A stretch of DNA of 37,358 nucleotides from Folioceros fuciformis. Its lineage: Eukaryota. This document shows, piece by piece, positions 22,364 to 35,143 of the stretch. The notes beneath the pieces were generated by a model, which saw nothing but the letters and a program-made list of their open reading frames with translations, did not search any database and was not told the origin of the DNA. Both the position numbers and the translations under genes were made by a program. Position 1 is the first letter of the stretch. Every line of letters starts with the position of its first letter. The DNA is taken from contig JBNGIO010005973.1 in the NCBI GenBank assembly GCA_049999805.1, positions 192,154 to 229,511 on the forward strand, read 5' to 3'.

Positions 22364-25300
22364 ACCTCCCACTTAAAGGCCAATTTACCTTCATAGGAGA
22401 GTGGTCTACCTCATGCCCATGAGTGTCCGAGCTTGTGCGAATTGCTCCGTAGAGAGCCCCTTGGTAAGAACATCTGCAGGGTTCTGATTGGTGTGAACTT
22501 TGACAAGTTGTACCCTCTTGTCTTCCAACGCCTCTCGATTGAAGTGATACTTCACTTCCACATGTTTGGCCTTCACATGAAACACTGGATTCTTCGCCAA
22601 TTGAATAGCACTCTGGCTATCACAATGCAACACTGGCAGCTCAACCTTGATCCCCAAATCTCCCACTAAACGAGCAAGCCACATGGCTTCCTTGCAAGCC
22701 TCAGTTGTTGCACATACTCGGCGTCTGTGGTAGATAGCGTTATGCACGATTGCAAACGAGACCGCCATGAGACTGCCCCTCCAGTGCACATGAAGACATA
22801 ACCTGATGTGGACCTCCTTTTGTCCATATCCCCTACATAATCAGCATCCGTATATCCCACGACAAATGCATCTTCACTACCAAAACATAAGCACAAAGCT
22901 TTCGTACCATTTAAGTACCTCATAACTCCTTTCATTGCCTCCCAATGCTGCCTGCCAAGGTTTGAGATAAACCTGTTAACCACTCCCACTGCAAAGGCAA
23001 TGTCAGGACATGTAGCAATCATTACATACATCAAACTCCCTACCGCTGATGAGTATGGAACCTTCTCCATTTCAGCTTTGTCCTCCGTAGAGCTTTGGCA
23101 ATCCTTGCTCGAAAGTTTCACATATGGAGGCAACGGAGTACTCAATACCTTCGCCTTCTCCATGTTGAAACGTTGAAGCACCTTGTTAATGTATTCAGTC
23201 TGAGACAAATAAAGCAAATGCTTATGTCTGTCTCCACGAATATGCATGCCAAGAATATGGCTTGCCTCTCCCAAGTCTATAATGTCAAAGCAAGCATTTA
23301 GCTTTGACTTCAATGCTGAAATCTCATCACTGCTAGTCCCAACAATTAGCATATCATCCACATAGAGGACTAGAATGAGCAAGCTTTCATCCTTAGCTTG
23401 CTTCGTATAGAGGCAATTATCCTCATCGCTATGCTTGTAGCCTTGAGAAAGCATAAATGAGTGGAACTTGTAATACCACTCCCTGGGTGCTAGTTTCAAA
23501 CCATAAAGGCTCTTCTTTAACCTGCACACCAGATTCTCTTTGCTCTTCTCAAAGAAACCCTATGGTTGCTGCATGTATACCTCTTCCTGGAGATCACCAT
23601 GCAGAAATACTGACTTCACATCCATCTGGACAAGTTCCATGTCGTCCCTCGCAACTAGAGGAAGAACACATCGCAAGGTGGTCATTTTGACAACTGGTGA
23701 GAAAATCTTATCAAAGTCAATACCTTGCTATTGCTTAAAACCCTTAGCAACCAATCGTGCCTTGTACTTGGGTTTGCCACAATGGGGTATGTCCTTCATC
23801 TTATACACCCATTTGCATGGCAATGCCTGCGTGCCCTTAGGCAACCGAACCAACTCCCAAGTTTGGTTGTGATGGAGCGAATCCATCTGCGACTGCATCG
23901 CCTTCTCCCACTTGTCCTTGTTATTTACTGACATGGCCTCTTGATAACAAGAGGGCTCCCCACAATCCATTAGCATGACATAATCAAGAGATGCAACATA
24001 CTTGTCAGGAGGCCGTGAGATCCTTCCTGACCTACGAAGCACTGGCGCCTCGACCGGAGCTGGTTGCACTCTCTCCTCTTCTACAAGTGGAGGAACTTGT
24101 TCCTGCACATCACGACGTTCAACTTGCGCGGGATGGTCAAATCCATCTTCTTGGAAGACCACCCGTCGCACCTCCACAGTTGGAGTAGGCTTCTTGTGCA
24201 TCTTGGTCTCATGGAAGAACACATCATTGCTGCGAACAACCCTCTTGGCCTCTGGATCCCATAAACGGTATCCCATCTCACCAGATTTACCATAGCCAAG
24301 AAAAATACATTTTCTTGACTTGGAAGCCAACTTGTCCTGAAACTCCTTCGAAACATGGTAGAATGCCTTGCAGCCAAACACTCGTAGATGCTTGTATAAC
24401 GGCTTCTTTCCATACCACATCTCCTCTGGAACCTGCTCATCCACAGCCCTATTAGGAGATCTGTTAAAAAGATGCACTGCGGTAACCACTGCTTCTGCCC
24501 AAAATCCGTTAGGCAATCCAGAGTTTGACAACTACGCATCCTCTCCTGGATGGTCCTGTTCATCCGTTCAGCCACACCATTCTAGGGAGGAGTATATGGC
24601 GTAGTCAATTCTTTCTTGATTCCCTTGGAATCACAAAATGACTGGAAAGCCTTCGAAACATACTCTCCCCCATCGTCTGTCCTTAGACACTTCAGTCGGA
24701 GGCCAGACTGATTCTCCACAAGGGTGACGAATCTCGGAAACATTGTCACAACATCTTCCTTTTTCCTCAAAGGATAAACCCACACCTTGCGTGAGAAATC
24801 ATCTATGAACGTGAACAAATAGGATGCACTGCCTAATGATACAGTGGGCATAGGTCCACAAACGTCACTGTGAATCAATTCAAGAGGTTTACTTTTGTGT
24901 TTACCTGTTGCTCCATGTGGTGACTTCGTCTGTTTCCCATACAAACAGTGTTCACACACGAAGAAATCGGAGAAGTCAAGATCAAGGACGTAACCAAAAC
25001 GAGATAGTATCTTCATTCCTTTTTAAGACATATGTCCTAAGCGACAATGCTACAAGGAAACACTTGGCTTTTCCATTACACAAATCACATGATCCTTGAC
25101 AATGGTTACCTGAAGTGAGTACAAAGTGCCACACTTCAAGCCACGAGCTAATACAAGAGAACCTTTGGAGATCTTCCAAGAATGATCTCCAAACCAACAG
25201 TGGTAGCCAGCGTCATCCAACTGCACTGCGCTAATCATGCTTTTTGTCAACTTCGGAACATGCCTAACATACTTCAGTACGAATGAAGACTTGTTGTCGA

Positions 25301-26892
25301 ACTTTAGCTGCACATCATCAATGCTTGCACTCTCGCATGCGTAGTTATTTCCAAGCCGAACACATCCTTTCCTAGTAGCATCATAAGTGCTAAACCACTC
25401 CCTATGCGGAGTAACATGGAAAGATGCTCCAGAGTCAATTATCCAATTAGAGAATAAGTGACTTTCCACGTCTGTCAGTTGTGAAGAATCGAAGGAAGAA
25501 GAGATAAGAACATCTCCATCGTCAACAAAATTCACCTCGTCAGGCTGGATACTCGAGCTTGCCTTTTTGCCGCTCTGCTTCTTCTCCTTTCCTTTGTTCT
25601 TCTTGAACTTCTCACAGTCCCTTCTGATGTGACCCTTCTAGTGACAATGGTAAAACTCAACATTGTTACGACTACGACACTTACTACGGGAAAGACTTCG
25701 CTCCTTGTACTTCCCCTTTGAAGTGGACCTTCCTCTCACCATGAGGGCATTGGAACCTTTCAAAGGTTCCATATTCTTCCTGTTCACCTCCTCTGTTAAT
25801 AGACTCACTTCTACATTTACAGCAGTAAAACCACTGGCAGGAGCGGAATTACTCAGAGCTGTACAAAAGGTGTCCCAGCTCTCTGGTAATGTGACCAACA
25901 GAAACATAGCTCTCACGGAATGTGGGAACGAGATACCTTGAGATGAGAGCTGGTTGAAAGTGGTATTGAACTCATTCAGATGATCGGACATCTCCGTCCC
26001 TTCCTTCATCTTCAAGTCCACCAGTTGTTTCAACCAGTACACTTGAGAAGCCGCACTTTGCTTCTCATACAGGTCACACAACTTCTGCCACAGCTCGTAA
26101 CTTGTGGTCTTGTCTTTCATGTGGAAGTAGATCGACTTCGACAATGTTAGCATGATGGTAGATTTAGTAAGCTCATCTAGATCCTGCCACTCATCCTGAG
26201 TCATAATAACAGGTTTCACTCCTAGCAACTTGATGGGCTTGATCTGCTTTTTCTATACTAGAACATTATACACTTGTTCCTTCTAGAACGGGAAGTTAGT
26301 ACCATCTAACTTCTCGATATTGAACATGATGTTTTCTGAGGACGTCATGATTCAAAATCAATGCAAATGAACCAAAAAGCTAGTTAGAAAGCGGTCGAAA
26401 TGAAATGTAGATTCTGTTACCCTCACACCTCGTTCCGAATCGGCTGTCCACAATTTAGGCCTCGGCCGCTCACGATTGGAGTGTCCCAACCTCCGATTGA
26501 ATCAAAATTTGGAATTTAGCCTCCTCTCGGCCGGGATTGGTTCGACGCCCGCACCCTCGCTCTTGTTGTCGGCGTTCTGACGCTCGTATTCTGACGCCCA
26601 ACGTCTGCGACGCTCGCGATCTGGAGGGGCCTGCGCCTGGCAATCCGTCAGGCCCGGGCTCAATTGGCGCACTCGACTGGCGCCCGGGTGGCCTGGCCAA
26701 CACCCACGTTAGGCGGGTGCCTAGGTGGTCTGGCCGGTGCCTTGGCTGACGCCCGGCAGCGCCCCCCCTCCCGGGCGGCCTGGCGCCCTAGCCAGCGTCA
26801 ACGCCCTTGTCGGCGGCTCCTCGCCCTAGCCGCCACCCCACGCCCTAGCAACCATCCGGCGCCCTAGCCCACGGTCTGATGTCCTAGCCGCA

Positions 26893-27146
26893 GGAGGAGG
26901 CAAGGAGGAGAGGAGAAAAGAGTGGTCACACTTTCACACAGAGTCTCACAATGCAAGGGAGCTATAGGGGGTATTTATACCCTCTAGAAAAGCTCCCTAG
27001 GAAGCTTCACAAGAAGCACACAGGAAGCTGTGCAAGAAGCTTCCTACAGAATAGCTTAAGCTAATCTAAACTAATGGTACTTAATTAGACACTAATCTTA
27101 GACTAAACACATTAGTTTAAGTACATTGGGCTTTATTAACCCTACA
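26893..27146 (-). repeat. 5' LTR of the copia family 1 element, lacking its last ~40 bp and the primer-binding site
   Basis: Aligns to the other LTR copies, but the TGAAGGATCGCTA end and the TGGTATCAGAGC PBS are absent. Confidence 0.88.
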
Positions 27147-27559
27147 ATCTTCTGGCGTGCAGAAAATGGCAACAAATTTTGATGCTCATGATTGTGATTA
27201 TTCCGTCTGTATGTTGTATGTATAAACATGCCGTTGCCTACAAGACAACTACTGTGTTGCTGGAGCGGCAATAGGGAGCGCCTACAGTGTCGTCATAGCG
27301 AGCGAGCTTGTTGCAAGGCACATGTGCTTCCCCCACTGGTGCCTTGCGCTTGGTGCCGGCACCCAGCTCTGGCACTGGTGCTTGTGGCGACGGGGCAGGA
27401 GCCTAGCGCCCCTGTGCGAGGGGCTACGGGCTGGCGATGCTCGCTTGGCACCCGCCGTGCCTGGCGACACCCCCGGTCGGAGCCTAGCGCCCCCACTAAG
27501 GCTCGGCGCCCCCACTTGCGAGGCTAGCGGCTCCATTGGGGGCCTTTTGCCCCCCCCCT

Positions 27560-30500
27560 CCTCGATACTCTGCTTCTGTGCTTGACAAAGCAACTGTCGG
27601 TTGTTTCTTGCTTTGCCAGCTGATCATACTACTTCCCAGACTGAATGCATATCCACTAGTTGATCCTTTGTCATATGCACAACTAGCCCAATCAGCATCT
27701 GTATATCTTATCAGTTCAAGATGCGTCCTATGCTCATAGAGCAATCCAAACTCAGTAGTGCCTTTCACATATCTCATGATTCTTCTAACTGCATCCAAGT
27801 GCGGTTTCCTTGGGTTCTGCATGAATTGACTAATCAGTCTTACTGCATAACTTAAGTCAGGACGTGTGATAGTCAAGTAGATCAAACTTCCGACCATCTG
27901 TCGATACATGGTCACATTTTCCAGCTCAGTTCCTACATCCATTTGCAGCTTGACGTTCTGCTCCAATGGTGTATCCATCGCTTTGCAATCTGGCATGCCA
28001 TACTTCTACAGCATATCCTCAGCATATTGTTTTTGCAATAGCCAGATTCCTTGAGGTGTAGACACAACCTCAATTTCTAAGAAGTATCTGAGTTCACCAA
28101 GATCCTTCACCTTGAACTCTTTTTGCAGATTCGCCTTGACATCTGCAATACCATCTACATCATCTCCTATGACGATCAGGTCGTCAACATAAACGACAAG
28201 ACACACTTGTCCTACCTTGGTCTGTTTTACAAACAGACTGTGATCTGTGTCTCCAATTACAAACCCTCGCTCCTTCAAATACCTTGTGATACGAGCATTC
28301 CATGCTCTAGATGCCTGTTTGAGTCCATACAATGCCTTCTTCAGTTTGCATATGTACGTTGGAAACTTAGGATGAACGTAGCCTTCAAGCTGTTCCACGT
28401 ACACTTCCTCCTGCAACTCACCATTCAAGAAAGCATTCTTGACATCCATTTGCCATAACTTCCATCCTTTAGCTGCTGCTGATGCTATGACTGTCCTTAC
28501 AGTTGTCATCTTGGCTACTGGACTAAAGGTTTCCTCATAATCAAGACCATACTGTTGTGCATATCCCTTTGCACCAACCTGGCCTTGTAACGCTCCAGTG
28601 TTCCACCTGACTTGAACTTTAGCTTGTACACCCACTTAGAACCAATAGGAACCTTGCCATCAGGCAATTGAACCAAATCCCACGTTTCGTTCTCAACTAA
28701 TGCTGAGTATTCTTCATCCATGGCTTGACACCACTTATCATCTGTCACTACCTCAGCAAACTTGGTTGGCTCCTTACAAGCTCTGACCCTTGTCATATAC
28801 GCAGAATGTTGCGCATTGTAGCTTGTATAGGTGTACCTGTCAATGGGTTTCCTAAACCTCTCAGATCTCCTTGGTCTTGGTTCAGTTTGAACCTGCCTTG
28901 CATATCGTTGCTTCTTAGCACCTGGCGTTTCCACAGATGGAATGCCAAACTCACTGTCAATGCTCTCACTACTTGGGGATTCATATCCCTCATTTCTAGT
29001 TTTGCTGCTTTCTACTCTCCCCCTCATTGACTTGTCTGGGTCAGTGGTCTTGGGTTTACCATTCCGCAGTCTTCGAGACCATGGATTCATCGTTGGTGAT
29101 CCACCATTGGTCACATCCTCACTCTTTGCTGGAGTACTCTTAAGAGTACTCTTCCATGTGGGTTTGTCATAGGGTAGTGCAACTGAGTTGCTATACCAGG
29201 AGGCTAACTTATCAAATACCACATCCCTGCTTATCAGGATCTCATGTGTGGATGACACATAACACTTATATGCCTTCCTATTTCGTGTATACCCCAAAAA
29301 AGCATACCCCAGAAAAACACTCTCCATTGCTTTAGGATCCAGCTTCCTACGCTTCTCATCAAGTACATGCACATATGCAATGCACCCAAACACTTTCAAG
29401 TGCCTAATATCCAGCTTATAGCCATATAGTCTCTCAATTGGTGTAGCATCATGAATTCCTGCCGTAGGAGTTCGATTCAATACATACACTGTTGTCATCA
29501 CTGCTTCTGCCCAATAATCATTAGGTAAGCACTTCTCATTCAGCATTGCCCTTGCTACCTCTCTACAACACCATTCTGCTGTGGTGTGTATTTGCAAGTC
29601 AGCTGTCTTCGTATACCATGATCTACAAGATACCTGTCAAACTCATTTCAGACATATTCTCCCCCTCCATCTAATCTTAGACAAGAGATGGAGGAGCTGA
29701 ATTCATTTTCAGCATGCTTTTTGAAGTCCTTGAAAGACTCGAACACTTCATCCTTATGCTTCAATATGTACAGCCACGTGTACCTGTTGTAATCATCAAT
29801 GAAGGAGACATAGTAGTGGGCTCCTCCAAACGATGCATTCTGTGAAGGACCCCATACATCAGAGTGTATCAATTGCAAAGGTCTCGAGCTGTTCTGCACG
29901 TGTCGCACAAATGGAAACCTTGNNNNNNNNNNNNNNNNNNNNNNNNNNNNNNNNNNNNNNNNNNNNNNNNNNNNNNNNNNNNNNNNNNNNNNNNNNNNNN
30001 NNNNNNNNNNNNNNNNNNNNNNAAGGACCCCATACATCAGAGTGTATCAATTGCAAAGGTCTCGAGCTGTTCTGCACGTGTCGCACAAATGGAAACCTTG
30101 ACTGTTTTCCAAATTGACATGCAAAACACACATGACCAAGATCAGCATACTTGAACTTGGGCAATCCTTCCACCACGCTTTTCTGCTGCATAGATTTCAG
30201 CTTCTCTATGTTCACATGCCCAATCCTCTTATGCCATATTTCAACATCACGTATAGCACCTGCATCATTTGTAAACATTGCTGCCTCTAGCTCTGGAATG
30301 GATGCATCCAGAGTGAACATCCGTCCATTCCTACTACCTTTAGCAATCAGTTTGCTCCCTCTGTCATATTCTTCAATAAAGCATCCATCTTTATTGAATC
30401 GAACCTACAGATTTTGTTCAGCCATCTGTCCAACAGACAACAAGTTCTTCGTAATGGTTGGAACATGCAACACGTCTTGTAGACTCTTCTGCTGACCATT

Positions 30501-32508
30501 CGGCATTCTAAGAGGAACAATTCCTCTGTGCTTTATGTCATGTTGTGTTTCATCTCCTGTACACACATGACCATGGGGACTTGCATCCATCTTGTTAAAC
30601 CACTCGCCTTGCGGAGTCATGTGGTTTGATGCTCCTGAATCAATGTACCATCTCTCATCATTCTGCACATCCTGTTTAGAGAGATGTTGCACGGCAAACA
30701 ACCTATCCTGGTCATTTCCAGCATTACTAGAGGAGGCATAGTTCCCATGCTGCCTTCCTTTTCCTCTCATGTCTGCTTGCTGCTTATAGCAGTCCTTAGC
30801 AATATGATCAACCTTTCCACAGTAGTAACACTCCTTGTCTCTATTGGAATGGTCATGAGATTGAAAAGAACCATCTCTCCCTCTTGTGGCTCTACCTGCG
30901 TCTCTAAAACTTCCAAATCCTCTCTGGCCTTGCACATTTCCTCCACGCCAATTGTCTTGCTGATTTTGCGTGTTCCGAGCATCACCCCGTCCTCGAAATG
31001 AACCACAACCTCTGTGGCCTCTCCCACGCTGGTTAGAAAACAAAACAGTGTCTCTCCCTTGAGACACACCTGAACCTGTGTTCAGACCAAGATTAACTTC
31101 CTCATGCAGCAACAAAGCAACCAATTCATCCCAACTTGGGGACTCAACTCTCACAAAGATTGATGTGTCAAAGGACTTATATTCCTTGCCAAGTCCGTTC
31201 AGAGTAACTGCAACCATGTCATCTTCCGTCACACTTGCACCGATTGTAGCAAGCTGATCAGCTATGGTCTTCACCTCTGTTGTATACACGAGTATGGATC
31301 TGCTACTACCTCGTGACAAGTTGTTGAACTGCTGCTTCAACTGGATTTTCCTAGCATGTATGACATTTCCATAGTTCCTCATGAGTATGTCCCATGCATC
31401 CTTCGGAGACTCACATCCCATGATCTGTATGACCATAGCATCTGAAATACTTAAGGAGAGCCAGTGTAACACTTTACATGCTCTCTTAGTCTAATGCTTG
31501 TGAGCAGTCTTTTGCTCCTGTGATGAAGTACGATCCATCTCCGGTTCACTCTCATCACCTGTGCAGAGGTCCCAATAGCCTCTACCTACCAAGAAGTTCT
31601 TCATCCTGAACTTCCACAAAGCAAAATTCTTGTTATCCAACTTCTCTCCCACAACCTGAGAGATATTGTTTGATCCCTGCACGTTAGCCATGATTCAGGC
31701 TCCTTTACGCACCAACACTTGTCCTGCACCTCATTTCAGTTGCCTTCTCTTGCTTGTTGTGCCACCAAGTCCCTTGTGGACAGATTGTCAAAACACTTTC
31801 ATGCGTCTTCCAACAGATGTTTTTGACAATCTTGAGTGTAACTCCCTGCACTGCTGTAGAGCTCCAGCACTCCACAAGCCTCAATCAGATCTCAGCAATT
31901 CCTGAATGTGCAGCTGACTCTTCGCTAAGCAAAAAGAGCCTTTGCTCAAGCTTTCAAAAAACAAAAAAACAGAACATTGTTTGCCAAGCTCAGGCCTTCC
32001 TCCTCGCAAATCCTGGGCCTGCTATGGCTTCTACGGCCTGGTCGCCTCCAGTAGTTGCTGCTCCTTTTGAGTCTCTCTCCCTCTCGCGCCTCTCGCGCGC
32101 TCTTGCGCCTGTGGTGCCTGTTGCGGCTTCCTACGCCGCCTACGTCGCTGCGTCTCCCGCGCCTCTCAATGGCTTGAGTTGCCAGCCACCTTTACGCTCA
32201 CGGCCATAGCCTCAAACCCCCGCCATAGCCACCATGGCCGCTGGCGCTCTCTCTGGCTCTGATACCATGTTGAAATAACACCACTAGCTTAGATGGACTC
32301 CACAATGCATTCCTTATGGTGCATAGGATGCTACATATATAGCCTTCATGCGGGGCAACCCTCGATAAGGTAAGCCTTAGTCTCGAGGGTGCAATATCCT
32401 GATAACACTTAGGTGGTAGATAACTACGAGTTCAATATGGGATAATCTACACTATCCTAGGTGTTGTGTGCTCTTAATAGCAATTCAGTTAGAGCTTGAT
32501 TTCTAACA
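27560..32508 (-). mobile_element. Ty1/copia LTR retrotransposon (family 2), 3'-truncated within RNase H
   Basis: 5' LTR 32268-32508 (TGTTGAAAT...ATTTCTAACA); tRNA-iMet PBS GCTCTGATACCA at 32256-32267; Gag ATG at 31691 (KLDNKNFALWKFRM), zinc knuckle CYYCGKVDHIAKDC, protease WYIDSGAS, integrase IHSDVWGP, RT VYVDDL. RNase H breaks off after SSTEAEY and there is no 3' LTR. Confidence 0.92.
29923..30022. other. Assembly gap (100 N) with overlapping flanks
   Basis: 78 bp at 29845-29922 is repeated identically at 30023-30100. Confidence 0.95.
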
Positions 32509-32971
32509 GCTGGAGGCGCCTGCGATGCCTTCCTGGCACTTGTGCACCTGTACTCCTGCATCCTGGGTGCCTCGCTCCTGAAGCACACCCCTCGCTGCCT
32601 TGCACCTCGGGATGCCACACACGGATCCTCTTCACTCCGAAGCGTTGCGCACCATCATCCTTACTCGACACCCGCTCTGATACTAGTTGAAGGATCGCTA
32701 GAGGAGCTGCATGGTGAAAGAGGAGAGGAGGAGGCAAGGAGGAGAGGAGAAAGAGAGGTCACACTCACACTGAGTCTCAATAGCAAGGGAGCTCAAGGGG
32801 GTATTTATATCCTCTAGAATAACTCCCAAGGAAGCTTCACAAGAAGCGCACAGGAAGCTGCGCAAGAAGCTTTATATATATTAGCTTAAACTAATCTAAA
32901 CTAATGATACTAGATATTAATCTTAGACTAAACACATTAGTCTTAGCACATTGGGCTTTAATACCCCTATA
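32509..32971 (-). mobile_element. Remnant of a second copia family 1 copy: 5' LTR (32688-32971), PBS (32674-32685) and part of the leader
   Basis: Third LTR copy preceded by GCTCTGATACTA (one mismatch to the iMet PBS); its leader is interrupted by the family 2 LTR. Confidence 0.88.
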
Positions 32972-33129
32972 GTTGCCTTGTTCCTTGTCCCTTGTTTGCT
33001 TAGATAGGCTTGTTTAGGCCTTGATTCCTCCTGGTTACGGGCTTTGTTATTGTTTTTTAGGCTTGTATTCCTAGTTTCACTTAGAGTGTTCATATCGATC
33101 TCAGTTTTGGTAATTGTTGTCTATAGAGA

Positions 33130-33771
33130 ATGGTCATCATGGAACAATCAAACAATAGGACTGTGGCTGGAGAATTTTCCAGTTTTGTGTGCGACATCCT
33201 AGAGGGATGAGGAGGGGAGTTGGACATTAGTATTGCAAAGAGGGCACAACTTCTTGCAAGCCGCCTTGTGGCGATGGAAAAAGACCTGGAGAGCTACAAC
33301 ATTCTTCTCAAGGAAAGAGATAGCCTCCTAGAGGAAAGAGACAAGCTCCTGGAGTTTTCCGAACGGCTAAATGAAAAGAAGGAGAGGGTTCTGAAGGGTC
33401 TGGAAAAGACAATGAATGATCTTCGTTTAAACCTTTTGCAAGCCGGAGGTGTCCAAACATTGCGAGGTCTTTGGGAGTATCTGCAAGAAGATTTAATCAA
33501 TGTCTATAAGCTCGAAAGTGGTGATTGGTTTTTCAATTGGAGTTAAGTTTTAAGAAAACAAAAAAGTTTACGCGAATCTCTTCTCACCAATGATTGGAAC
33601 GCAACAGATTTACCATCCAAGTTGTTAAATAGATACAGAGTACTATCGGAACACGTACACCATAATTAAGAAGACCATAATTAAGTATGAGTTGTCCAAG
33701 ACGGGGGGACATATTGTGATTCAGCAAGATCCACTTATATTCCATCAGGTATTAGTGTCGGTGGTAACTTA
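33130..33771 (+). pseudogene. Decayed coiled-coil protein with a C-terminal helical domain ending YRVLSEHVH
   Basis: One frame runs from ATG 33130 through TGA 33208 and TAA 33544 to 33669, with heptad-like LLKERDSLLEERDKLLE. A duplicated CCATAATTAAG breaks the tail. Confidence 0.45.
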
Positions 33772-34040
33772 GGCTTTGATATCCGTATTCAACAGTAAGT
33801 TAATACTTTTTTATATAAATAATTATACATTTACATATTTCAACAGTTACTCAACCGCCTCGCTTTAGGTTGGACAAGTCATCTCGTTTTTTAGTTAAAC
33901 AGTCTCTTCATTTATGTGCTAAACAGCACTCTCCCCGACAGTAAGAGAGTAATCACAAATGTGAACACTTGCCTGCCCGGGTCCTCATGACACAGATACA
34001 CTCTTGCCCGTTACAAACACCGCCTGAACGCCCTCTACAA

Positions 34041-34350
34041 TCACGGCCCAGACAACTGGTGGTCGGGAATTTCGTGTGCGAATCGGACATCTTGCATCGA
34101 ACTAAGGAGTGCTAAGCAAAACAGGATCTCGTAAGCAGCAACGAGCCATGGCGCAGCCTGGTGTGGCGTGATGGTGTCCAGGAACCCCTTGAGCGTACAG
34201 AGACGGAGCTGCTCAGCTTCGATAAGGAGATCCACAGCCGTCTTCAACCTGGACTCCACAGCAGCTTCCAGCTCTCTTACGTCCGCGTCCACCAGCACCT
34301 TGTCGCTCCCACTCACTAAATTACTAATAACATTAATCACTGTCGAGCAT
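34041..34350 (-). CDS. Terminal exon of a DOG1-domain (DOG1-like/TGA bZIP) gene; upstream exons not resolved, may be a pseudogene
   Basis: ELEAAVESRLKTAVDLLIEAEQLRLCTLKGFLDTITPHQAAPWLVAAYEI matches the DOG1/TGA C-terminal A(D/E)xLRxxTLxxxxxILTxxQAAxxL pattern; there is a CAG acceptor at 34351-34353. Confidence 0.65.
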
Positions 34351-35064
34351 CTGCGCGCACACACAAAAAGTTCGACACCATCTTGTTTGAAGCGAGTACG
34401 ACCAGCCGAGGTAACTTGCAGAGAACTTCACAAGAAGAGACCATGTCAGTACCGGATCACCTGCAGATCGGCGACTCGCGACGAGATGCTATCTTTCTAC
34501 TCCGACGGAGTTGGAGTAGAAAGATATTGGAATTAGTTGAAGAGAGTCGGACAAAAGCCATGAGGACGTACGGGGAAGCTATGACGAGAAACCTTTGAAG
34601 CCGAGAAGAAGCTATGAATTTGAAAGGAGGAGAATTCCCTTCAAAGGAGACGTGGTAACCGTAAAGCTCCCTATCTCCACCCAGGAGACTCAGTTCCCTG
34701 CTGCAACTACGTCCATGGCACCTGGCGTCCTGTCCCAGCAGTTGGATCCCCATGTCATGCTCTTCGTGGTTGGGGAAGGACTTGGTGATGACAGCTCTAG
34801 ATCTTTCAGCACAGCAACTACTGGTCAGGAGTTTCCGACGTTGTCGAGGTATGAAATGGGAGAAGTGCTTGTACGGATGTCAGCAGAAGCTCTTGCTCGA
34901 TCCCGATGTGTGCAGAAGGCCTGTCTTGTCGAGCTCACGAGTCCAGAGTTTGCTAAGCGGAGTTTCTATCAGGCCCTTTCGAGCGCTACGCCTCCTTTGT
35001 GTGCCATTATGTGTTCTCCTGCATCCGGCTATGAGCTATCCTTGACGCCACGATTTGGGGCAAG

Positions 35065-35069
35065 AAAAA
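35065..35069 (-). terminator. RNA polymerase III terminator (T5)
   Basis: TTTTT immediately follows the tRNA discriminator base on the minus strand. Confidence 0.8.
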
Positions 35070-35143
35070 TGTCTGAACCCAGGCTCGAACTGGGGACCTC
35101 TAGTGTGTGAGACTAGCGTGATGACCAACTACACCATCCAGAC
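35070..35143 (-). tRNA. trnV-CAC: tRNA-Val (anticodon CAC)
   Basis: GTCTGGA/TTCAGAC acceptor stem, A-box TGGTGTAGTTGG, anticodon arm CTAGT-CTCACAC-ACTAG, T-arm CCCAG-TTCGAGC-CTGGG, and an upstream TATATATT near -30. Confidence 0.96.

Larger units (their letters stand above)
22100..27146 (-). mobile_element. Ty1/copia LTR retrotransposon (family 1), decayed, with target-site duplication ATCTT
   Basis: 3' LTR 22100-22363 and 5' LTR 26893-27146 (TGTAGGG...CCTTCA on the minus strand); TSD ATCTT at 22095-22099 and 27147-27151; polypurine tract AAGTGGGAGGT next to the 3' LTR. Gag ATG at 26348, protease WIIDSGAS, integrase IHSDVCGP/LRTDDGGEY, RT LYVDDM, RNase H DADY...LHCDSQSAI to 22406, in copia order with many stops. 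Confidence 0.95.

Noticed and set aside
26470-27560. GC-rich ORFs near the copia 5' LTR
   Set aside because: They lie in retrotransposon leader or repeat sequence and are low-complexity translations.
29845-30100. 78-bp direct repeat inside the integrase
   Set aside because: Identical copies flank a 100-N gap, so this is an unmerged contig overlap.
34595-35110. 171-aa plus-strand ORF
   Set aside because: Non-ATG start, no recognisable domain, and its end is the antisense of the tRNA; it cannot be supported without expression data.
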